Source: Nitrososphaera viennensis EN76
GTDB lineage: Archaea > Thermoproteota > Nitrososphaeria > Nitrososphaerales > Nitrososphaeraceae
NCBI RefSeq assembly: GCF_000698785.1
Contig: NZ_CP007536.1
Location: 480,001 to 512,000 of the forward strand
Length of the DNA stretch: 32,000 bases
Reading direction: 5' to 3'
A program made the position numbers and the translations under genes. Shown here piece by piece: positions 24,999-32,000 of this stretch (its first letter is position 1; each line of letters starts with the position of its first letter). The notes under the pieces were generated by a model that had not been told where the DNA came from, searched no databases, and saw nothing but the letters and a program-made list of their open reading frames with translations.

Positions 24999-26019
24999 CA
25001 TGGACGTCGCCGGACACAACGTTCACGTCCCCTGACTTGGTCTTTAGCAAGAGCGAGCCGTCGTCGTTGATGTCGGCTGCAACACCTTCAACAGCAGCAG
25101 CCTTCTTGCCCTGCTGCGCCTGCACGACTGACACTTTCTTGCCAAGCATGTCAGAGCGCCGGCGCCACTCTGCGACTATTTTTTCCGGCCCGCCGCCGCT
25201 TTCCAGCATGCCGTAGAACCGCTCAAGGTTTTCAAGCAGCAACCTTGCAAGCTCTAGGCGGTTGACGTCGCGGCCGCCAAGCTCTTCTTTTAGCGACGTT
25301 ATGGCGGGCCTGCCCTCCCTGTCGTCTATTTTCATCCGCGACGTGTCGACGTTTGCGTTTATCCCTATTCCGATGACGGCATAGTTGACCGTCTCGGCCT
25401 CGGCGCTCAGGTCAAGCAGTATGCCGGCGGCCTTTTTGCCACCCACCATCACGTCGTTTGGCCACTTTAGAGTCGCCAAAAGGCCTGTCCTCTGGCGCAC
25501 CGCGTCGCACACGGCAAGCGCCGCCACAAACGGGAGCATCGTGCTTGCGGCAGTGGGTATCGACGGCTTTAGCACGACAGACAGCCAGACGCCGCCCCGC
25601 GGTGAAAGCCACCTTCTCTTCATGCGCCCGCGGCCGCTGTTCTGCTGCTCCGCTATCGCCACCGCCCCGTGGACGTCCTCGTGCTTTTCTGCAAGCGCGA
25701 TTGCGATGTTCTGCGTCGAGTCGGCGCTGTCGCGGTAGACTATTCTGCCCTTTCCCACAAACGACGTTTTCAGGATCCTGCCAAGCTCCCACGGCACGGG
25801 ATGGGTCGTGCCGCTGGCAAGCCTGTAGCCCATGCCGTGCAGAGATTCAATAGAGTAGCCGCACTGGCGCAGCCTGCGCACCTGCTTCCACACTGCGCTC
25901 CTCGATATGCCTGCCCTCTTTGCAAGCGACTGGCCGGACGCAAAATCTGGCGATTTTTTCAGCAGTTCGAGAAATTCTTCAAGCCGGCGATATTGATCTT
26001 GCGCTGCGCGGGTTGTCAT
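24988..26019 (-). CDS. birA: Bifunctional biotin-[acetyl-CoA-carboxylase] ligase / repressor BirA (N-terminal HTH present)
   Basis: HTH segment SGQSLAKRAGISRSAVWKQVRRLRQCGY and ligase signature GRGRMKRRWLSPRGG. The 3' end overlaps the convergent glycerate kinase gene by 11 nt. Confidence 0.85.
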   Translation of the reverse strand: MTTRAAQDQYRRLEEFLELLKKSPDFASGQSLAKRAGISRSAVWKQVRRLRQCGYSIESLHGMGYRLASGTTHPVPWELGRILKTSFVGKGRIVYRDSADSTQNIAIALAEKHEDVHGAVAIAEQQNSGRGRMKRRWLSPRGGVWLSVVLKPSIPTAASTMLPFVAALAVCDAVRQRTGLLATLKWPNDVMVGGKKAAGILLDLSAEAETVNYAVIGIGINANVDTSRMKIDDREGRPAITSLKEELGGRDVNRLELARLLLENLERFYGMLESGGGPEKIVAEWRRRSDMLGKKVSVVQAQQGKKAAAVEGVAADINDDGSLLLKTKSGDVNVVSGDVHVSY

Positions 26020-26021
26020 TG

Positions 26022-26258
26022 TCACCGGTTCCACTTGTAGTAGACGGTCCCGCCCCTGCACGTCGCGTACACGTCTGACCGGGACTCTTTCATCGAGCTG
26101 GCGACTTCAAGCTCGGCCAAGAGCCGGTCTATCTCGGCGTCGCTTTTCATCTCAGAAAGCAAGTTGAGGATTTCCTCCCGCGAGTACATCCTCCCTGGGT
26201 CTTTCTTCAATATCCCTGTGATCTCTTGCAGCAGCGCTTGTTGTTTGGACTTGCTCAT
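26022..26258 (-). CDS. Small hypothetical protein (78 aa), translationally coupled between the ATPase and birA
   Basis: ATGA start/stop overlap with the upstream gene (26255-26258). Its stop lies 2 nt before the birA ATG. Codon usage is GC3-rich. Confidence 0.5.
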   Translation of the reverse strand: MSKSKQQALLQEITGILKKDPGRMYSREEILNLLSEMKSDAEIDRLLAELEVASSMKESRSDVYATCRGGTVYYKWNR

Positions 26259-27466
26259 TTCTTTTTCTTTGCCGATACTATCGAAAGCACGTCGCGGTCC
26301 TTCAGGTGGTAGTTGGCGGGCAGGTGAAGGCCGTCGCGGGCGTCCAGCGCGTACAGCAGGCCCTTTGCAAGCTCGCTGTGTATCTCCCTTGCAAGGTCCT
26401 CGACGGTAGAGCCGGAGCGCATCAGGTAGACGTCAGGGAGCACGTTTCCGTGCTTGTCCGACATTTTCTTGGCGTCTGCGACAGGGTAGACTGCGTTCAT
26501 CTTTAGCAGCTTGAACACCGCGACGTTTATCGCAAACTGGACGCCTGTCCGCATGTACTCGCCCAGGATGTCTTTGCGTATAAAGTTGAGGGCCCACTTT
26601 TGCTTGTCGTTAAGGGGCGTCTGCTCGTTTATCTCAAAGCGCTCGTCGCCGGGTATGTACCGTATCAGCCCGCGGCTTTCGGCGCGCCGGAGCGTCAGCT
26701 CGGCGTCCGCGCTCGACGGGACGACTATCATGTCCTTGTACTCTTCGCGCAGCCGGCGGAAATTGTCGGTAGCTGTCGGCAGGTCGACCTTGTTTGCCAC
26801 TATCAGTGTCGGCTTGGATATGTCCCGGAGGCTCCAGCAAAAGTCCTTGCTCTGCTGCGGCCCAAAGTCGTCCAGCGGCATGCTTGCAAGGTTGTTCTGC
26901 GCAAGCGCCATCCGCACGTGGTCCTCCCTCACCCCGATGCCGCGGAATACCTCCGTTATTGCAGAGACCGGCTCGATGCCCGAGTCGATGTTGCGCGATA
27001 TCTTGTCGCGGTTTGCCTCGAACAGTTTCAGGTACCACATCACGAGCTCCTCCTCGATGTCTCCCACGTCTGCCACGGGGTCGCCGGAACCCGGCTCGGC
27101 TATCTTGCCAGACGCGTCGATGCTGCCCGACGCGTCGACGATGTGCAAGAGCGCGTCGGACTGCGCCGCTATCGACAGGAACTGGTTGCCAAGCCCCTTT
27201 CCCTCCCAGGCGCCCTTGATGAGGCCCGGCAGGTCCACAAGCTCCACAGGGATGAACCGCCAGCCGTCTATGCAGCGAGAGTTCTTCGGGTTGTCCTGCA
27301 CGCCAAACTCCTTGTGGACGCACACGGTGATCGCGTGCGCGTTGCCGATGTTTGCCTGCTTTGTCGTGAACGGGTAGTTTGATATCTCGGCTGACGCAAG
27401 CGTGGCGGAATTAAAGAACGTCGTCTTGCCCGTGTTCGTCTTGCCGATCAGGCCGATTTTGATCAT
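26255..27466 (-). CDS. Obg-like ATPase/GTPase of the archaeal-fungal Ygr210/YchF-related type with C-terminal TGS domain
   Basis: P-loop GLIGKTNTGKTT. Walker B DLPGL followed by the Gly-rich IKGAWEGKGLGNQFL, NKVD, and a C-terminal TGS-like segment. A TATA-like gtatataaataa lies ~30 nt upstream (27496-27507). Confidence 0.8.
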   Translation of the reverse strand: MIKIGLIGKTNTGKTTFFNSATLASAEISNYPFTTKQANIGNAHAITVCVHKEFGVQDNPKNSRCIDGWRFIPVELVDLPGLIKGAWEGKGLGNQFLSIAAQSDALLHIVDASGSIDASGKIAEPGSGDPVADVGDIEEELVMWYLKLFEANRDKISRNIDSGIEPVSAITEVFRGIGVREDHVRMALAQNNLASMPLDDFGPQQSKDFCWSLRDISKPTLIVANKVDLPTATDNFRRLREEYKDMIVVPSSADAELTLRRAESRGLIRYIPGDERFEINEQTPLNDKQKWALNFIRKDILGEYMRTGVQFAINVAVFKLLKMNAVYPVADAKKMSDKHGNVLPDVYLMRSGSTVEDLAREIHSELAKGLLYALDARDGLHLPANYHLKDRDVLSIVSAKKKK

Positions 27467-27660
27467 ATTATGCTCTAGCCTCCCCCCTGTTATTATTTAT
27501 ATACTCCTGTGGAAGAGCTGCGCGGTAAAAGCTCCGGCTAAGGTTTTGCAAGCGGGCAGTAGAATGCCACCACATTTGGCTGACATGCTTGTAATGGCTG
27601 CCGGTGCTTCTATACTTTTTGAGAAATGCCAATACATATTCAGGCGATAGATTGAGGATA

Positions 27661-27723
27661 GGAAAATAAACCAACAAAAAATAAAGTAAAAAGGCGGAGG
27701 TGTATGAGCGCATATACACTCCG
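27661..27723 (-). terminator. Hairpin plus oligo-T tract downstream of the 27738..28448 gene
   Basis: On the minus strand, GCCGGAGTGTAT-atgcgctc-ATACA(C)CTCCGGC-like stem (about 10 bp with one bulge, 27695-27723) is followed directly by TTTTTACTTTATTTTTTGTTGGTTTATTTTCC. Confidence 0.5.
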
Positions 27724-27737
27724 GCTTGTCAGTTATG

Positions 27738-28448
27738 TCATGTCGCTTGAGCGCCGCTACTGCTGCTGGCACTTGCTGCTGTGCTGTTCTGGGCGGCAGC
27801 GCCCTGCTGCAATTGCGGCAACTCGGCGCCGAGTTCCTCCAACTGTTCTGGAGTTAGCATCATGCCGTTAATCGGCGTTGGGCCAAAGTGGTTGTCTATC
27901 TGCCCGGGATTGACCCATACCGACATGATGTTGTTCTGGAAGTGGAGGTATCCGGGTACATTTTCCGCCATGCCTTCTTCGGTGGTCACGGTCATGGTGC
28001 CATTAAAGGCCGTGGTGTTGCTGCCCTGGAATAGCACTTCTGATTGCTTGAAATTGGAGATGTGATGGGTGTGGAACATCGTGCCGTTGGAAAGCAGTAC
28101 CATGTTTACAACGGCGCTAAAATTTTTCACCGTCGGCTGCGTCTGGTTGTTCCCTCCAAATACCGGCATGTCTGTCACGAGCGCCCAGGAACCTGCCGAA
28201 AGCCACAGGGGTGCGCCTGCGTTAGTCATCTGCGTGCTTGTAATGATTCCGGATAGTGTAAAATTGCCAGCAGTTGAAGTGGCATTACCATTGTTGTTTC
28301 CTCCAGCCAGAGTCTGTTGTGCATAAGCAGCGGGTAGCGATGCCACCGCCGTCATCAAGGCAGTTGCCGTCGCGAGTCCGGAAGCGGCTACGGACAGCAC
28401 TGTAGCGAGGAGAAGGTTCCTTGCAATTATCCTTCGTGTCAGATTCAT
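27738..28448 (-). CDS. Exported hypothetical protein with twin-arginine-like signal peptide and an HxHH cluster
   Basis: MNLTRRIIARNLLLATVLSVAASGLATATALMTAVASLPAAYA/QQ has a T-R-R-x-h-h n-region and an AYA cleavage-like site. The mature part contains MFHTHHISNF. The ATG at 28448 is preferred over the TTG at 28469. Confidence 0.6.
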   Translation of the reverse strand: MNLTRRIIARNLLLATVLSVAASGLATATALMTAVASLPAAYAQQTLAGGNNNGNATSTAGNFTLSGIITSTQMTNAGAPLWLSAGSWALVTDMPVFGGNNQTQPTVKNFSAVVNMVLLSNGTMFHTHHISNFKQSEVLFQGSNTTAFNGTMTVTTEEGMAENVPGYLHFQNNIMSVWVNPGQIDNHFGPTPINGMMLTPEQLEELGAELPQLQQGAAAQNSTAASASSSSGAQAT

Positions 28449-28546
28449 TTGTAATTTCTCGTCATCCAAAGATATACGGATTTAGAACAAGCTTCTGATT
28501 TACCAGACATCTTTTTCTTTCCTATAGCGTTTTCATGTACTGCGGA

Positions 28547-28702
28547 TCAGTGCAGGTGGTGGCACATCACGCCGAGGTAGCCGACGAGGCTCACAAAGCT
28601 ACCAAGCATGAACAGGTGGACGCCAAACAAGAGATTGCTTTTCTGGACGCGTCTTGCAGTCGCCGGGACTTGCGCCATATGCTGTACATTAACGCGGAAC
28701 AT
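28547..28702 (-). CDS. Small single-pass membrane protein, 51 aa, ending in CHHLH (not in the ORF track)
   Basis: My translation is MFRVNVQHMAQVPATARRVQKSNLLFGVHLFMLGSFVSLVGYLGVMCHHLH*. It has strongly GC3-rich codons, is collinear with both neighbours, and starts 17 nt after the upstream stop. Confidence 0.35.
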   Translation of the reverse strand: MFRVNVQHMAQVPATARRVQKSNLLFGVHLFMLGSFVSLVGYLGVMCHHLH

Positions 28703-28719
28703 GCGGATAAAGTTTCTAG

Positions 28720-29100
28720 CTAGTCGTGGTGGTGGTGCATGTCGCCTGCGCGCTCTAGCGCCATCCTTATCTCGTCAAGGCGCCAGCCTATCTCGCTTGC
28801 GTTGTCCTGCGACAGGTCCGAGTCCCACCTGTCAAGCAATATCTTTGAAATCTCTGTCGCGTGGTACAGCATTCCCCAGTACGGGTGGTGCTCGGCGGTA
28901 GTGTACGCAAGTTCCAGTATCTCGGCAAGGCCGGCAGACGCTTTTTTCAGCGCGTCTGACTTTTCGGTGTAGACCTTGACTATGCCGGCGTCGCGGTCTA
29001 TGCCGATCTTTGTCATTATGCCGTCCTTTTCAAGGTCGGAAAGCGCGGACTTGACCCGCTCTGCCACCTGCGAAACGTTCCGGTCTGGCTCCTCTGACAT
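28720..29100 (-). CDS. Hypothetical cytoplasmic protein (126 aa) ending in MHHHHD
   Basis: Intact ORF with GC3 bias; contains AEHHPYWGMLYH and a C-terminal His4 run. Confidence 0.55.
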   Translation of the reverse strand: MSEEPDRNVSQVAERVKSALSDLEKDGIMTKIGIDRDAGIVKVYTEKSDALKKASAGLAEILELAYTTAEHHPYWGMLYHATEISKILLDRWDSDLSQDNASEIGWRLDEIRMALERAGDMHHHHD

Positions 29101-29152
29101 TTTATATATGGATTAGCGGGCAGCGTCATCATATTTATTCTTGCAAGCCATC

Positions 29153-29179
29153 TCTTCTTCTTCTTCTTCTTCTTCTTCT
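29153..29179. repeat. Perfect trinucleotide microsatellite (TCT)9 / (AGA)9
   Basis: Counted directly: nine uninterrupted TCT units, 53-79 nt upstream of the 29100 start codon. Confidence 0.95.
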
Positions 29180-29461
29180 GCATAACCAGGCTTTTTGAGC
29201 GTGCATAAATGCATAATTTGAGCACGGCTGTGCATAATCGCGCTTTTTCTCGCCGGCAGACGGCCGGATGCAAACGCCGCAGGCAGGATCGCCATATTGT
29301 GTGGCATGTTATATACACATACATGCGGCCGAGCCTTAAAAGAAATAACTATAATGAAAGCCAGGCGCATTTTATAAAGAAATCTGCAATAATCAAGTTA
29401 CTAGAACTATTTTACCAAGTCCTTAACTATTTCGCGCCGCATTATAGAGCAGTGAATCAGA

Positions 29462-29689
29462 GTGTCTGACGCGATAGTAAACTGGGAGTCGATAATTCAC
29501 AAGAACGCAAGGACGAACGACCGCGGGGACGCCGGAAACGTAATCGAAGTGGAAGAAGACACAATAACCCTCGAAAGGGGCCCGACAGCAGAGTACGTGA
29601 TTCCAAAGTCAAAGGTCGAGGGGTACAACGGCGCAGAAGTCGCCTTGGATATCTCCCTCAAGGAACTCGGGCAGTACAGGAGAAAGTAA
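29462..29689 (+). CDS. Small single-domain PRC-barrel-like protein (75 aa), GTG start
   Basis: NARTNDRGDAGNVIEVEEDTITLERGPTAEYVIPKSKVEGYNG shares the x-D-x-x-h-G-x-V...IPKSK[IV] pattern with both repeats of 22927..23496. Confidence 0.5.
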   Translation: MSDAIVNWESIIHKNARTNDRGDAGNVIEVEEDTITLERGPTAEYVIPKSKVEGYNGAEVALDISLKELGQYRRK

Positions 29690-29994
29690 AGTAGCAGCCT
29701 TCAGAACGGCATTTGAAGTGTGCAGGACTCCATCATGCACGCTGCTGGATGATATAATATTATTATCATCATCATCCAAGTCAATCACTCGAAAACGATT
29801 ACGCAACTATGCAGCAGCGACATTAATCCATCCGGCGCTTTTTTTGGTGCATTGAGCAGATGCAGTGAAAGCGATCTAGCACATAAAATTATTTGCGACA
29901 ATCTGTCGTTTATTGACATTATTTGCAAAACTCAAGAAATGTTTCATTTCGTCATTGAGAAAGATAATATTGTATCGCATTTAATTTACAGAGA

Positions 29995-30378
29995 GTGCCC
30001 ACCTATCGGGATTTGTGTGATGAGCTCTTGCAACTCGATCACATTCGGTTAGTGGGAGTGGTTGACAGCAGGGGAAAAATCCTCTTTTCGGATTACGGGC
30101 ATTCAGGCTCTCCGGCGCTGTCAAGGCCTGAAGCAGAAGACCTGTTGTTCCGGGCTGCGGTAAGGATGGGGACGCGCAAGGAATTTGCGGAAAAGTTTGG
30201 CGGCATCGTATATTCTCTTACAGAGTACGGGTCTATAGTGCAGTATTCAATACCGCTGGACAGGGATGCCAAGGCATTCCTCTTTGTGCAGACAGCCAAG
30301 ATGGACGGTCCAGCCCATACGCGTTATATGACAATTGACAAAATACGAGATGTCTTGAAGAAGCACGGATATGGCTGA
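29995..30378 (+). CDS. Hypothetical protein with Roadblock/LC7-like sequence pattern (127 aa), GTG start
   Basis: LLQLDHIRLVGVVDSRGKILFSDYG......EDLLFRAAVRMGTRKEFAEKFGGIVYSLTEYGSIVQYSIPLDRDAKAFLFVQT resembles the alpha-beta-beta...alpha...beta-beta-beta layout of Roadblock/MglB-type domains. This is pattern-level evidence only. Confidence 0.45.
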   Translation: MPTYRDLCDELLQLDHIRLVGVVDSRGKILFSDYGHSGSPALSRPEAEDLLFRAAVRMGTRKEFAEKFGGIVYSLTEYGSIVQYSIPLDRDAKAFLFVQTAKMDGPAHTRYMTIDKIRDVLKKHGYG

Positions 30379-30536
30379 CATCATCGAGCTAGAATTTTCT
30401 TTTTGTGCAAAATGCATGTGAATTTTTCACGTTGCTCCCAATCCTGATCCATGTAGATTTCAATAACTGCGCAGATATTAGCTAAAATTGACGGGAGCAA
30501 ATAATATTATCAAAGATGACAATAAAATAGACGGAA

Positions 30537-31016
30537 ATGCCGGCCGATTCACTGAACGCAAATTTTTCTAAAACAATCGAATCTGTGTTAAGCGGGCTTG
30601 GCGAGGAAGCAAGGGAACTCATCCTGAAACACATAAGGGAAAAGTACGGCATGGACGCCGAACAGATACTGCAATACCGCGAGGAGTTTGCCAACTATCT
30701 ACGCGAGATCATGGGCAATAGCGCAGAAACCATCGTGGAAAAACTGGACGAGGCCATTCCAAAGGCCCAATGCAGTCGCAGAGACGGTCGTGTGGCCAAG
30801 CCGCCATCAAGGCTCATGGTAGAGAAGATCCCGACCGGCGTCTTTTTCATAATGTGCGAACATTGCCTTTGGTGTGCCACGCTCCTGAAATACATGCCTA
30901 GGCCAAGATGCTACAGCTGCAGCAAAAGAATCCGCGACGCTGTCCCCATTTCAAGCGGAGAGAGCTTTGATGTAAGCATGGATGAAAAAAGAGGCATTAC
31001 ACTTTCATTCTGGTAA
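30537..31016 (+). CDS. Hypothetical regulator-like protein: N-terminal helical module plus C-terminal Cys-rich zinc ribbon
   Basis: The N-terminus IESVLSGLGEEARELILKHIREKYGMDAEQILQYREEFANYLREIMG resembles the N-terminus of the next gene. The C-terminus is CEHCLWC-x13-CYSC. Confidence 0.5.
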   Translation: MPADSLNANFSKTIESVLSGLGEEARELILKHIREKYGMDAEQILQYREEFANYLREIMGNSAETIVEKLDEAIPKAQCSRRDGRVAKPPSRLMVEKIPTGVFFIMCEHCLWCATLLKYMPRPRCYSCSKRIRDAVPISSGESFDVSMDEKRGITLSFW

Positions 31017-31109
31017 AATCACGCTTTCGTTCTGTTAAAAATAACCAGAACAGACACAAACCATGGTAAATAATTGATATATATCTGCAAGACAAATAAC
31101 ATCTGAATT

Positions 31110-31940
31110 TTGTCAGAATGTTTGCACATACTCGACAGGTTGGGCTACAGCAGGCTCTCCGGTAATGCGGACCAGATCCTGATCGAATCTGTGAGGGACG
31201 CCTTGAGAATTTTTGGCGACGCCGCCGGATCGCTTATCTCCATTTTGGCCACAGACAGCGGGCTGTCTGAAAAAGAGCTCCTGCTTGACTACAGGGCCGT
31301 CGAAATGTCGCTTAACAGGAGGCTCGGCAAGGATATCGGGAAGATGATAATGGGCCTGATAAAGAAAGAGCTCTTGCGCCACGTCCCCTCGGCAGATTCT
31401 GACCAAGACATCGGCGAGATCGTTGACAGGATCCGCATTACAGATGTAGTAAATTTTGTCCGCTCGCGGGAGGGGCACGAGCACGTGCTTTTCCTTTACA
31501 AGAATGCAAAGACAAAGGACGAGGTGCTCGCAGAATTTTTCGAGTCTGCCGCCACCACTACCCCAAAAGGCATCCTGTCAGTGTCACCATGCCGCATCCC
31601 TTCCACGAACAACATGCTGTATGGCGAGCTTTTGTCCGTAGAACGCTCCAAAGCAATGAGCAAAGCCTTCGACTGGGTTTACACGATACATTCGGTAAAC
31701 GACTCGAAGAAAGGCACGAGGATAGCCGGAGAGGACGCCTCGTGGTTTTTCAGAAACGGCCTTGAAAACGAATTCACCCAGGGAGAAAGGGCCATTGGAA
31801 CGCGGGCGGCCGAAAACATTTCCTTTCTCTGCTCTTACGATCTTGCCAAGCTTGACGAAAGGCATCTTGAAACCATCATCCCCTTCCACGGCTTTGTAAT
31901 TCTTGACGACCCTCCTGCAGTCTACAAGGGCCCAGCGTAA
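31110..31940 (+). CDS. MEDS-domain protein with N-terminal helical module (TTG start)
   Basis: GHEHVLFLYKNAKTKDEVLAEFFESA and ISFLCSYDLAKLDERHLETIIPFHGFVILDD fit the MEDS (DcmR-type sensory) domain pattern. The N-terminus is LIESVRDALRIFGDAAGSLISILATDSGLSEKELLLDYRAVEMSLNRRLG. Confidence 0.6.
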   Translation: MSECLHILDRLGYSRLSGNADQILIESVRDALRIFGDAAGSLISILATDSGLSEKELLLDYRAVEMSLNRRLGKDIGKMIMGLIKKELLRHVPSADSDQDIGEIVDRIRITDVVNFVRSREGHEHVLFLYKNAKTKDEVLAEFFESAATTTPKGILSVSPCRIPSTNNMLYGELLSVERSKAMSKAFDWVYTIHSVNDSKKGTRIAGEDASWFFRNGLENEFTQGERAIGTRAAENISFLCSYDLAKLDERHLETIIPFHGFVILDDPPAVYKGPA

Positions 31941-32000
31941 GGACACTGCAAAATCTATCCAGAGAACGTGTGTACTGATGTGTTTTGCTTGGCTAGTTGC

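Noticed and set aside
26511-27382. Long ORFs antisense to or overlapping the Obg-like ATPase gene (288, 260, 229 and 141 aa)
   Set aside because: They lie entirely inside a well-supported gene. Their Arg/Pro/Ala-rich low-complexity translations are typical of off-frame reading of GC3-rich coding sequence. They contain no recognisable motifs.
27468-27772. 83-aa and 91-aa minus-strand ORFs in the ATPase upstream region
   Set aside because: They span the hairpin/oligo-T terminator and the TATA region. They are AT-rich and appear to be chance ORFs.
28535-28723. 62-aa plus-strand track ORF
   Set aside because: The opposite strand encodes a GC3-rich 51-aa TM ORF collinear with both neighbours. 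The plus-strand translation has no features.
29016-29370. ORFs encoding poly-Lys (KKKKKKKK) and poly-Glu (EEEEEEEEE) runs
   Set aside because: The homopolymeric runs are simply the (AGA)9 microsatellite read in two frames. The flanking translation is not protein-like and overlaps the promoter region.
1-32000. CRISPR arrays, rRNA/tRNA genes, integrases, toxin-antitoxin pairs or known defence genes
   Set aside because: I scanned the intergenic regions and the ORF list by eye. I found no regularly spaced repeats, no structural RNA signatures and no recognisable defence or mobility enzymes. Absence by eye is not proof.

Overview
This 32-kb chromosomal window looks archaeal. It is most consistent with a soil thaumarchaeal (Nitrososphaerales-like) ammonia oxidiser. 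That assignment is inference from gene content only: archaeal PriS, a Ygr210-type Obg ATPase, MpgS, and TATA-like boxes about 25-35 nt upstream of many start codons.

The window is a compositional mosaic. GC-rich core blocks (1-5250, 7138-9396, 15571-27466) carry housekeeping genes:
- priS 3' end
- a UPF0182 membrane protein followed by a glutamine amidotransferase
- an aldo/keto reductase
- a MenA-like prenyltransferase
- a CPA2 antiporter
- a large GDE_C-type glycoside hydrolase
- mannosyl-3-phosphoglycerate synthase
- glycerate 2-kinase
- BirA
- an Obg-like ATPase

AT-rich blocks (5251-7137, 9397-15570, 27467-32000) carry secreted, surface, regulatory and decayed genes. I saw no rRNA, tRNA, CRISPR array, transposase or integrase.

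Most notable observations:
1. A BNR-propeller/metzincin protease gene is split by a ~1.24-kb antisense block made of gene fragments plus one intact ORF. It is further broken by frameshifts in its tail.
2. An osmolyte neighbourhood places mpgS divergent from an uncharacterised GDE_C hydrolase, with an antiporter and a glycerate kinase nearby. The hydrolase is a candidate mannosylglycerate hydrolase.
3. Three same-strand ORFs, one missing from the ORF track, each carry a His cluster. They sit downstream of a (TCT)9 microsatellite and may form a metal-handling module.
4. A C-rich ~45-nt motif is repeated immediately after two stop codons.
5. Two tandem 58-aa zinc-ribbon paralogs lie in a decayed AT-rich islet.
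6. A three-gene cluster (Roadblock-like, zinc-ribbon, MEDS) has two members that share an N-terminal module.

All functional calls come from motif recognition by eye. No database search was run.
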